From Leucoraja erinacea (lineage: Eukaryota): a stretch of DNA of 64,000 nt. The stretch lies in contig NC_073397.1 in NCBI RefSeq assembly GCF_028641065.1, forward strand, positions 18,538,001-18,602,000, written 5' to 3'. The translations under genes and the position numbers were made by a program. This document shows positions 1-11,600 of this stretch, piece by piece (the first letter of the stretch is position 1; each line of letters begins with the position of its first letter). Below the pieces are notes generated by a model that saw nothing but the letters and a program-made list of their open reading frames with translations, was not told the origin of the DNA and ran no database searches.

Positions 1-99
1 CCCGTGCAGGCAGCACGTCCATCTTGTTTTTTGGCGACCTCACATTCCACACTGTGATGGAAGGAAGGCAAATAACTTTTAACTTCTTCCTCCTTATTT

Positions 100-245
100 C
101 CTGCGTTCGGGGCGATTGAAACATCCACAGTTGGGGTGATCGAAGCTCCCGCAGTTGGCAATCGAAGCCCCCACAACGGGGCGATCGAGGCTCCCGCGAT
201 CGGGACAGTCGAAGCTCCTGTGGTTGGAGCTCCCGAAGTCAATCC
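100..245. repeat. Imperfect ~21-bp tandem repeat (GGGCGATCGAAGCTCCC..) within an interspersed repeat
   Basis: About six degenerate copies of cgatcgaagctccc between 110 and 240. Confidence 0.6.
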
Positions 246-2376
246 CTAACAAAGGGACCGCCAGCTCTACAATGTTAGGCCGCAGTGCAGACGGAGATAT
301 GATACGATACGGAAAAAGTCACATCTCCGTCGAGGGAAGAGGTAAAAAAAGTTCCCCCAAGGAAACTGTGTAGCTGTTACTCTGTGAAAATACAAAACTA
401 AAGATACACTAAAACATACAAATAAAATAAATTAAAAACAAAAGAAGAAAGGAACAGACCGGCTGTTCGCGAGGCTGCCACATACAGCACCACCCGATTT
501 AAGTTTTACATTGCCAATTAGTTTGTAAAAAGGTCCAGTGCTTCAATGGGGAGATGGTCCAGCCAACCATTGAAAGTCGTAGTCATAGATTTATGTAGCA
601 ATTTGACCACGCTGAACAAGTTGCCCACCTGGGCAAGTCTCCTTTGCCTGCATTCGGTCCATATGCCTCTAAATTGGTTCTATTCACTTACCTGTCCAAA
701 TGTCTTTTAAATGTTGCAATTGTGCCAGTCTCTACCGCTTCCTCTAACAGCTCGTTCCACATTCCAATTAAATTCTATGTGGGTCACTAAATCTACAAAT
801 TCCAATTCTATTCCACTATTCCAATATGAACTAATTCTGATCTGTTGATGTTAACTTCAGATTGTTAAATTTACCTTTAGTTTCTACTCGTCCGGTAAAC
901 AATTAGGCAGAACAATTATCTATTGCTAGATTTGGCCCATGACCAACTATTCTTCTAAACTCTCCTGCTTGAGTTTGAAGACTTTGCCCCTTATCGCTTT
1001 ATTATTGGCTGCTACAAATATTGGGATTTCTTACTTTAACTCCTCCACCTCTTTATTATACTTTAAAGCAAAACCTCAACCTATCTCTTTGACCAAGTAA
1101 TTAAAAGACTGTCTAATATTTCTTCATGGATTTGCAACCAATTTGTTTAGTAACATTTCTGTGATAGGTCGGGATGTTTTATTATGTCAAGGTGGAAAAG
1201 GTAGTAAAGGTAGATTGCTTTTACCTCATTTCATAGTGAGTGATATCACAACCAGTAGAATAGAAAGATAAACAGAGACGTAGTTGAATTCATGAAGGGA
1301 TGTGAACACAAAAAAAGTAGTATTCTAAATCTGAGGCGATAAACGATCTGAACCTATTTCAGGTTAGCAAACATGGAAATATTCCATGGTAGTCAGGATG
1401 TGGTGAAGAATTGGATATGAACACCTGATCTTTGGATGTTGAAGATTATGGAGCATAGAGGAAACTTGGAGATTGTAATAGTCTCTAAAAATATCAATAC
1501 TGAGTGTACAAAGCTGCAAATAAAGGCTTGTTTTAGACATGAATAATAGTTTTACCAAATCATTCTCTGTAGGATAAATGGCGTATTTAAAGTTGGAAGT
1601 AATTTCCGGATCCTGCAAGCCATATAGGGGTTTTAGGAGATCCAAATTAAAAATGGTACAGATTGGCTTAAGTGACAGATCAATAACTTTTGTGGTAGAC
1701 TCGAAGATCAGTTATGAATCAATAACTTTTCAGATAGAATTCTTGATCAAATTTCCAGTATTTGGGAAATGTCTTTATTTGAGCAACTGATTCTACATAT
1801 TATGGGTTTGGTTTAGCACTCTATACTTGAATTCTATTTACTGTATCTGGAGGATTACTGTGTCTCCATAATACTTTCAATACGTTCTGAATCCCAATAT
1901 GCCAGTCAAGCTGTGATTTGGCATGGTGCGACATTAAACTGTGCACTTTAAACAAAATCTGTGAAAAATGAGAGAAATACATGAATAGTAAATAAAGAAT
2001 CAACGGAAGGACAGGGTTAATTGACCAGCCAAAAGCTTCGTCTATAGACCCCCAAAGGCAAAGGAAGAGGAACCAAACGATTGCCTTGTATCAGTCTTCA
2101 CTAGAGAAAGTAATCCTGTCCATTTCTCAGTAAATAGTGAGAAAGCAGCAAACTGAACAAGATAAAAACACAAATAATGTACATAAAACAGTCAATTATC
2201 CAACTTCAAATACATTGCTCCTGGTCATCTCAGAACTGGCCATCGTTGCTGCTTTTCTTTCATTTGTGCATTCTGGTTCCAGATGAGAGACAACAATGGC
2301 TTTAATTGGCATATGATATCAAAGGACACCAGAATACATTATAGTTTGTGATTATCTGTATTGGAAATAGAATCAG

Positions 2377-2724
2377 GTGACAAGCTTTTCCCTTTGAGAA
2401 TAGGGAAGATTCAAACAAGAGGACATGACTTCAGAATTAAGGGACAGAAGTTTAGGGGTAATATGAGGGGGAACTTCTTTACGCAGAGAGTGGTAGCGGT
2501 GTGGAATGAGCTCCCAGTGGAAGTGGTGGAGGCAGGTTCATTGGTATCATTTAAAAATAAATTGGATAGGCATATGGATGAGAAGGGAATGGAGGGTTAT
2601 GGTATGAGTGCAGGCAGGTGGGACTAAGGGGAAAAAAAATTTGTTCGGCACGGACTTGTAGGGCCGAGATGGCCTGTTTCCGTGTTGTAATTGTTATATG
2701 GTTATTATATGGTTATATGGTTAT
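2377..2724 (+). mobile_element. CR1-clade LINE 3' fragment
   Basis: ORF2 C-terminus [22 protein letters not shown]; (GGTTATAT)n tail; nearly identical to the copy at ~29830-30160. Confidence 0.9.
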
Positions 2725-4334
2725 GTCTGCACCTTATTCAATTAGATCACTATTGACTTTCTACCTTAATTCAACGTTCTGGTCCTGATGTCCATTGTAT
2801 CTCGTCGGGTCCAAGGACACGTGTGTATCTCTGACTTAGATTTATGCATCACCCAAACATAAGCAATATATTACACAGACAAAGAAGCTTAACTACCCAC
2901 TTAATTACTATGTTCTTGGTATTGGTTTATTATTGTCGTGTGCAGCAAGTTATAGCGCATAAACTTTCTTTTGCATGGTATCTAGGCAAATCATACCATA
3001 ATTAAACAGTACATAAGTACATCAGTAAGTGCAAAGAGAAAATAAACAGTGCAGAATACAATGTTACAACCACGGAGAAAATGCAGGTTAAAAAAACCGC
3101 AAGATCTGCAACGAGGTAGATTGGGAGATCGGGACAACATACTTAGCTTGTGCGAGGTCTATTCTATAGTCCGATAAGAGAAGCTATTTCTGAATGTGGT
3201 GCCTGAATGGGACTGGGGAGAAGAAGGAATGACTGGGGTGCAATTGGTTCTTGATTATGTTGGCTGCTTTCCTGAGGCAGCATGAAGTATAGATGGTGTC
3301 AAAGGGGTTGTTCTTCACGCAAATCTATCTTTGTTCTTGTTTGCTTTCTCTCTTCCTCAGTTCTGATGAAGGGCATTTGACCTGAAATATACATTGTATT
3401 TCATTCCGCAGATGTTGCCTGACCATCTGAGTTTTTCCAGTATTTTCTCTTTTTATTTCAGAATTCTAGTATTCAGTTTAAAAAAAATCTGTTTATTTAA
3501 AACAGTTGATGGTAGAAATCACTTAGTCCTGATAAGATAGTTCTCAGGCTACTGAGAGAAGGGTGGACATCGTAGAGCCTCCATTCACAATCTTGCAGTC
3601 CTCTTAAGATATGAAGGGTTGCAAATGTCAAAATTCTCATTTAAAACAAAAAGGGATAAATTCAGAAAATATACCAATTGATCAAACTAATTTTGGATGG
3701 ATTTTTCTTTTGGAAAGAATAATCAGACAAAAAAAAGAATAGATTTGTTAAAATCATATGTTGGAACTACTATATTTTTTAATGATGTAAGTAGAATAAT
3801 TCTTTGGGATTTTACAATAATAAATCAAAATTGATAGAGGGTTGCAAGATCATTGATTTAAAACATTAACTCTCTTTTTCCATGGATGCTGCCTGACTGC
3901 TGAATATTTCCAACAAATATTTTGTGTTCGTTTAGAGATTTATAACACTGGTAACTCACCAATCATCAATTCTAATTGCAATATTTTTTATTCCAGTTAA
4001 TCAAATTTAAATTTCCCATCTGTTGAATGTTTGATCAGAACAGAACTCTGGAGTACATATCCAGTAATTTAACCACTCGATAAATTAAGATGCCATTTTC
4101 CAGTGGTTGACATTTCATGTGTGGGTTTTCAAACTGCATTTGGTGAAGTGTCATATAAGAGAGTTTGTAGAAAATTAAAGTCAAGAGGTTTAAAGGCGTT
4201 GTGGCAGCATGGATACAGAATAACTAAGGGGCAGAAAGTATAATGTTGAATGGCAGCTTCTCACGCCAGAAACACAGTAATTTTCTGCAGGGGTCCGTGT
4301 ATAGAAACTGTTCTTTTTGATTGATTGACAGATA

Positions 4335-4595
4335 CAGCATGGAAATTTGTCCTTCAGTCCACCAAGTCCAGGCTGACAATCGATCACCCATTTACACAAG
4401 TTCTAAGTTATCCCACTTTCACTCCCAAAGCACTTGGGGGCAATTTAGAGGCCAATTTATCTGGAGCACCCAGAGGAAACCCACATAGTTTGAGGGAGAA
4501 CATGCAAATTCCGTAGACAGTGCCCGAGTCAGGATCGAATCCGGGTCTCTGGCACCAAGGCAGCAACTCTACCAGCTGTGCCATTGTGCTGCCCC
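4335..4595 (-). mobile_element. tRNA-derived V-SINE (HE1-like)
   Basis: Reverse strand has ggcagcacaatggcacagctggtagagttgctgcc (A box), ggattcgatcc (B box) and the tgcatgttctccc core. Confidence 0.75.
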
Positions 4596-4718
4596 TTTCT
4601 TATATATTACTGTTCTGTAGGAACGAACAGCTTATGGTCTTACTACGAAGTACAAAGAGTAACCCATTTACTTCAAGACAGACATTTGTTCACCAATCCC
4701 CACTTGAAGGGGGATAAC

Positions 4719-6702
4719 TAGAACCAGGATATTTTAGCACTAAAAAAACTGAAATAGGCAGGCAAAAAGGCATAATAAAATTACAAAAAAGGCACAAAAT
4801 AGGCATTTATTGACCAAAATAAGGCATAAAAGCATGTATTTCCACCACCAAAATATGGTTAAAAATGATAATATAAAGGTATACAACATTAAATGACCAA
4901 AGTTGCCTGGTTTCACATAATTACTAGCAATTTTTTCAAATTATCTGGTGTTAAACAATGCCGTCTGTCATCATAAAATGCTTGTTGTGAAAAATGTATT
5001 TCTACCTCAGTTGAGGTCACTGGTGCATACCCGAAACAAGCTACAGACTCTATATCCATGTCAATATCTTGTGCATTACAACTACCTTTGAGAACTTTAG
5101 CTATGTTGTGTATTTCTTCAAGATCTTTGTTAGCTACAATCACTCTCACATTTTCCTTGTCAGTCTTTACCTACATCGCCAGGAACTTTACGGATATCGT
5201 CAGTTACTTTGTTGCAAACCTACAAGTTATTCACTAATGTTTCGCCACGTTTCTCAAGGGAAGTGATAACATGTGGGAAGTTTGCAAAATTGGAAGCAAT
5301 AAACACAAGATCGCTGTGGAGGGACTTTTTCTGCATGATTTCACTGACGATCCTGACTGCAGCAGATTCTTCTTCTTCAAAACAGTTGACGATTTATTTT
5401 ATCTTTTTTTAATTTGCAGTATAGTCGAGTACATGTACCCCACCTAGTCAAAACGGGCTGAGGAGGTAGCGGAATCTCGGGTGCTATTTCCTTGAACAAC
5501 TGCACACGTGACGGTGCTTTGAGGAAGATTTTCTTGACATTGGAAACTAGGCGATCGACATTTGGAAACAAGCTACGTATGTGCTTGGCAATTCTATGAA
5601 GTCCTGGAGCTAAGCATGTCAAATGCAACATTTTGGGGAATAAAACTTTAAGAGCAAGAGCAGCTTTTTTCATGTACTTTGCTGCATCAGTCACAAACAG
5701 AAGTACGTTCTCGTGCTTTATACCTTCTGACCAAAGTCCAACAAGTGAAGATGTAAACCACTGAGTAATAATTGAGCTGTTTGACTTCTCCAATACTTCC
5801 GATGTCAACATATATTCCTTTGATTGTTGACCTGCCTCCAGTGTACCGATGACCACATTGGCAACATGTCTCCCCACAGCATCGGTTGTCTCATCTTTTG
5901 AGATCCATATTTTGTTGTATGCAACTTCATCTCTAATTTTCTGCACAACAATGTTGAAGTTGCTGTCAACATAATTTTTCCATAATGATGACTTGCTCAG
6001 TATATGTTCCTCTGTGTATTTCTCTAAAAAACCTCTGAGGGATTTGTTTTCCAATTTCCACAGTGGAATTCCAGCATCAATGAATGCCTTGCACAGATCA
6101 CTCAAAAACTCAGATTTGCAACTGGAGCCAGTAGTAAATGTAGTTAGGAGACCAGCTTGGGTATTTCGCTTGGGTAGTCTACACCCCAGCGGTATGAACA
6201 TTGACTTCTCTAATCAGCGGTATTAACATTGACTTCTCTAATATTAGATGGCCCTTGTCTTCTCTCTCCTCCCCCTCCCCCTCCCCCATCCCAGCTCCAC
6301 TTCTGGTCCTACTATCTCCGCCTCTTCCTCTGACCCCCACACCAGTCGCCTATTCCTTCTCTCCATAGATGCTGCCTCACCGCTGAGTTTCTCCAGCATT
6401 TTTTGTCTACCTTTGATTTTCCCAGCATCTGCAGTTCTTTCTTAAATAGATCTTGGAGAAGTCTGAACCAGCGGGCAGCGGAACGAACGAATGAATGACA
6501 GTGGCACCCCCGGTTTTAATATTAACGTGTTAACATAGAAAACATCATTGTAATCACGGTACATTAGAGAAAATAACCCGACCTTTAGCAAAACGGCAAA
6601 ATAAGGCTAATTTATGCAATCGATCGTGAAAAAGGTATTATCCTGGTGAAATCATCAAAAAAAGGCATGAAAAGGCACATGTATGGCAAAATCCTGGCTG
6701 TA
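4719..6702 (-). mobile_element. hAT-superfamily DNA transposon with degenerate CGGBP1/DUF659-like transposase
   Basis: TIR TAGAACCAGGAT (4719) vs reverse complement of ATCCTGGCTGTA (6691-6702), 10/12 match; 8-bp TSD GGGATAAC/GTGATAAC; subterminal AAAGGCA repeats; ORF pieces 5377..6201 (DETTD, FVTDAA.YM, HLTCLA.GLHR, VLTRWGT) and 4913..5149 (YAPVTSTEVE..FS dimerisation motif). Confidence 0.88.
6160..6445 (+). mobile_element. Penelope-derived 3'/pLTR fragment inserted in the hAT transposase
   Basis: atttcgcttgggtagt..ccccagcggtatgaacattgacttctc and gatgctgcctcaccgctgagtttctccagcattttt; the same unit lies reversed at 61185-61460. Confidence 0.75.
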
Positions 6703-7289
6703 GTGATAACAAAGCACCAGACTCTTACTTCAGTTTGGATGTAACATCTTTTGGTTGGAATATGCTAAAGGGAGCCCCTTAACATCTCCTTCAGGTGGAC
6801 ACCAAAGGAGCCCATGGTATTTCTCTTGAGAAGGTCTGAAGGGGCCTGATCTGAAACATTGCCTCTCCATTCACACCACAGATGCTGCATGAACTACTGA
6901 GTTCCTCTGCCACTTTGTATATTTTGCTCAATACTCCAGCATTAGCAGATCCTTGTCTCCTTTCTTGAGAAAAGTTAGTTTGGTTTTGTCCCTGTAGGTA
7001 ATTTCACAAGGAGCATCACTGTTGTCTTGGTCAATATCACACCATGCAATTTCATATCCATTTTCCTCTGCTCTTGGGAAAGGTTATATTGATTATTGAT
7101 GTTGAGGCAACTTCATGAGGAGCATCTCTGAAATTGTTGGCATGGCCAATATCTCACCTTACCATTTCATGGGCAAAGTAGATGCTACCATTTGCAATAG
7201 TCAATACATTTTAAGGGAATCGGAGAAGACCTGAACAAACCCAAGAGAGAATTGTATACACTTCCAAAGTTTGGAGGCAACTGAAAAAA

Positions 7290-7615
7290 GACAAAAGATG
7301 TTGCCAGGACTCGAGCGCCTGAGCTATAGGAGGAGGTTGAGCAGACTATGACTTTATTCCTTGGCGTGGAGGAGGCTGAGAGATGATCTTTTAGTAGTGT
7401 GCCAAATCATGAGGGGGATAGGGTGAATGCACAGTCTTTTCCCTAGAGTAGGGGGATCAAGAACCAGATGACCAAGGTTTAAGGTTAGAGGGGAAAGATT
7501 TAATAGAAATCTGAGGGACAACTTAATCAAAGTGGTTGTATGGAATCAGCTGTCCGAGGAGGTAGTTGAGGCAGGTTCTATACCAACCTTTCCTATCCAG
7601 ATACTGGATAGGAAA
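7290..7615 (+). mobile_element. Degenerate CR1 LINE 3' fragment
   Basis: Nucleotide similarity to the CR1 ORF2 C-terminal segment (gagctatagg..ttattccttgg..aggctgagagatgatct..gtggttgtatggaat). Confidence 0.7.
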
Positions 7616-7879
7616 GGTTCGGCGGGGGCCAGTGCAGAAAGCAAGAACTGCAGATTTTGGTTTAGACCAAAGATGTACACAACGTGCTGGAGTAACTCAG
7701 CGGGTTAGTCAGCATTTCTGGAGAACATGGATGGGTGACGTTCGGGTCCGCTGAGTTACTCCAGCACTTTGTGTCTTGTGCTTGGAGGGATATGGGTCAA
7801 ACACGGGGAGGTAGGATTTGCATTGATGGAGCATTTAGGTCGGCATGCGCGAGATGGGTCGATGAGCTGTGTGACTCTA

Positions 7880-8660
7880 TACGAGTTACCGGGCATCATC
7901 ATGATGGATGGTGAAGATGTCCCCATCCCGACTGCGTTGACCGTGACCTCGATGGACCAGAAGATATCCGACTCCCCCAGGGCGGGCGGCTATTCTACCC
8001 CTCTGACCGAGTGGGAAAGGGAGGGAAGAAGGCGCGGGGACGTTGGGCACGAGGCGCGCGCGGGATAGGACGCTTGGGCGCGAGCAGCAGGAATGTCAGG
8101 CGCGCGCGGGGTGGGAGACGGTTGGTTGCGAGGCGCGCGAAGAGATGGGAGTCGGTTGCGAGGCTGGGGGCGCGCGTGATGGGGACGGTCGTTCGCGAGG
8201 CGCCGGTCGCGGGAGCGCGCGCGATTGAGCCGGGCGCGCGTCCGTCCTCACCCTCCCTCCCTCGCTCCCGCTAGCGTTTCCTTCCCCTGTTGCCGGGCGG
8301 ACGGCGCTGGTGTGAGGGCGGCAGCGGGGAGTCTCTCCCTCACTACATGTGTGTCTGTGTGTGTGGGGGGAGATCTTTCTCCTCCTCCTCCTCCTCCTCC
8401 CCCCTCTCTCCTGACGGGACTGCAAAAAATATATATAGAGATCAGAAAGAAAATCTATCAAATCCGGATAAAACAAACGAAAAGCAAACATGCCGGAGGT
8501 GATCACGGTGCCGGAATTTATCTGCGAGACCCAGGAGGACCACAGCTCGCCGACGACCTCCTCCTTCACCACCAAGATGGCAAGCTGCAGGAACACGGTA
8601 ACAGCGCTGGAGGAGGTAAAGTCCCCCCTCAGGTTACCCCCAGGTCCCTGCCGTACATCC
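7880..8660. promoter_or_regulatory. CpG island / promoter and 5' UTR of the ASAP-like gene
   Basis: Sharp rise in GC and CpG in an AT-rich, CpG-poor background; many GGCGCGCG/TCGCG motifs; GC box GGGCGGGCGG at ~7980; (CCT)n at ~8379-8400; spans coding exon 1. Confidence 0.85.
8490..8615 (+). CDS. ASAP1-like: ASAP-like coding exon 1 (42 aa)
   Basis: ATG at 8490 (gcaaacATG, A at -3); [17 protein letters not shown] motif; donor GAG|gtaaag at 8616, phase 0. Confidence 0.95.
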
Positions 8661-11600
8661 CACCCCCTCCCAGAGGCTCCTACCCTCCCTTTAAATGTCC
8701 CTCCTTGGTCACAGGTAGACAGGGTGCTGAAGGATGAAGGGTCCCAACCCTAAACATCGCTTGTCCATTCCCTCCGCAGATGGTGCGTGATCTTCTCAGT
8801 TCCTCCAGCACTGTGTATCTTTTCTCATTTGGTGTAGAAGTGTTTTGGCATGCTGCCCGTCGTTGGTCAGGGCATTGAGTATTGGATGGCACGGTCCTAA
8901 CCTCGGGTGCTTTCTGTGTGGAGTTGCACACTTTCCCTATGAATGCGTGGATGCGGGTTTCCTCCGGGTGCTCAGGTTTTCCTCCCACATGCCAAAGACA
9001 TACGTTTGTAGGTCAATTGGTCCTCTGGAAATTGTCCCTTGTGTGTATGGAGTGGATGAAAAAGTGGGATCACATATAACTAGTGTGTACAAGTAAGATA
9101 CACACAAAATGCTGGAGTAACTCAGCATGTGAGGGAGCATCTCTGGAAAAGGAATAATAGGTGACATTTGGGGTCGAGACACTTTTTCAGAGTCTTCTCT
9201 CTAGAGATGCTGCCTAACATGCTGAGTGACTCCAGCATTTTGTGTCTATCTTCAGGGTAAGCCTGAATCTGTAGTTTGTGTGCAGGTGATCGATTTGTCA
9301 GCATAGATTCGGTGGGCCAAAAGGCCTGTTTCCATTGCTGTATCCATCATCAGACGGAGACAGGAGCACAGGTTGCCTCATGGCTGCAGCACTGAGGCAG
9401 TGCCGCACTGTCAAAGGTGCCATCTTCCCGCTCAGATGATAAACCAAGCCCTCGGGTGAATCTAAAGGTAGGGAAAAATTGAAAAATGCAGCACACAAAC
9501 CGGACTTTCAGCTTAGCTTGACCATGCTGATCACCCTTTCATGCTAGTTCTATGTTATCCCTCATTCTCATCCACTCCCTACACTCTAGGGGTAATTTAC
9601 AGAGAGCCAATTAACCTACAAACCTGCACGTCTTTGGGATGTGGGCAGCAACTGCACAGTCATGGGAGAACGTGCAAACTCCACACAGGCAAACTCCACA
9701 CACAGGATTGAAGCCGGGTCTCTGGTTCTATGACACAGCAGCTCTAACAGCTGTGCCACTGTGCCACCTTAATAAATCTGTAGTGTTAAACATACAATTA
9801 TAATAGTATTATAGTGATGCAATATAGCTTGATGATAAATTTCGGAGGGATAGAAGATAGAACAGTACAGCACAGGAACAGGCCCCTGGCCCACAATGTC
9901 CGTGCAGCATACGGCTGGTTTGTATGCTGCATCTTTCAATCAATCAAGGTTCCTAAGTTAAATGAATTTCCTTTGCCTGCCTATTATCCATATCCATCTA
10001 TTCCCTGCACATTGATGTGCCTACCTAAAAGCCTCTAATGCCACTATCATGTCTGCCCCCACCACCACCCCTGGCAACACGATCCATTACATTCTGTGTT
10101 TTAAAAAAAATCTTGCCCTGCAGTTCACCTTTAAACTTTGCCCTTCTCACCTTAGAGCTGTGTATGCCCTCTAGCCTTTGACATTTCCATCCTGGGAGAA
10201 AGGTTCTGGTAGTCTACCCTATCTACTACGCCTTTCAAAACCTCTTTATACCAGGTCTCTTCTCAACCTGTTATGTTCCAACAAAAATAATCCAAGTTTG
10301 TCCAAACTCTCCTTATAGTTAATACCCTTTAATCCATCCAGGCAGCATTCTGGTAGCTCTTCTGCACCCTCTCCAAAGTCTCCACATCCTTCCTATGTTG
10401 GGGAGAGCAGAACTGCACACAATATTGCGAATGCATCCTAACCAAATTCCTCTAAAGCTGCAATGTGACTTCCTGACTCTTATGCTCAATGCATCATGTG
10501 GCATTACTCTTTGCAACATTTAGCCTTGCTGACCAGGGGTGAATATCTGGACATTTATAACACTGCAATAGCGAAGAACATGATTTTATTCCATAATGCA
10601 TATATTAACATTTTAGCCAATTTAACAGATTATCGTCCAGAAGCTTGGACAATTCATCTGGAGATGGAGTCCCACCATACTGGCTGGAGATCTGAAATTG
10701 AACAAATGGTAGCGAAATAAATGAAATACTATTATCCATACTCTTGAAGTGACCAGATTGTTGTATAAAAAAACCCCCATCTGGTTCCCTAATTTGCTTG
10801 ATGGAAAATCTGCATCTCCGGCCCAGTCTGGTAGATCTGTAACTGTAGTAGGCAAGCTGGGGAGCAGTTAGGTTTGGACAGTAAATTCAAGGTTTGCCAT
10901 TAAAGTCATGGGATTGCCATCTGGATTTATGACCATTCATGATACTAACCTATTGTTACTAACCCATGCCAGATAGCGCTGGATTGTAGGGCAGCTTTGC
11001 CTGAGGATCTACTATCACCCAATACAATCACTCTACTCTTAAATTTATTTTCTTCACTTTGTATCTTTGCTTTCGCTCTACCTATTGTACTTGAGTTTGG
11101 CTTGATTGTGTTTATGTGTAATATCAGATGTGATTGGATAGTTTGCCAAACAAAGTTTGTCACTGTACCGCCTATAGCAGAGATCACTGTACATGTATAA
11201 ACTTATAGTGATCTCCACGTGCTAATAATAAACCAAAACCGGTGTTGCGTAACATTATGACTCTATACACTTGGACAAATACATGATAGCGAAGTTTTAG
11301 AAGGACATGGGGCAGGGACAGGCACGTAGACTAGCTAAGTTAGGCAACTTGATTGGCGTCAACAAGTTGGGCAAAAGGGTCTATTTTCGCATTGTTTAGT
11401 TGCAAGACTTTATGACTCGCTTTCTACAGTATTTTGCTTTTTAGCTACCTAAGGCGTAGCAAAATTTTAAACTTGTTACTCTCCATTTTCCTTATAACTA
11501 ATGCTATTACTTAGCTTTGTATCATCAATTAATTTAGATGTGTCACACTTGGATTCCTCATCCAAATCATTGATATAGATTGGGAACAATTGTAGCCCCA

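Noticed and set aside
5377-6201. 274-aa ORF as an intact domesticated CGGBP1-like host gene
   Set aside because: Its start derives from an inserted repeat, the C-terminus is frameshifted, and TIRs and TSD remain, so it is a decayed transposon.
8011-8753. Several 60-170 aa ORFs over the CpG island, and read-through of ORF 8490..8753
   Set aside because: GC-rich DNA lacks stops; ASAP similarity ends exactly at the splice donor at 8616.
10496-10740. Possible exon or ORF
   Set aside because: No ASAP similarity or good splice sites; at most a decayed L1 3' remnant, too weak to call.
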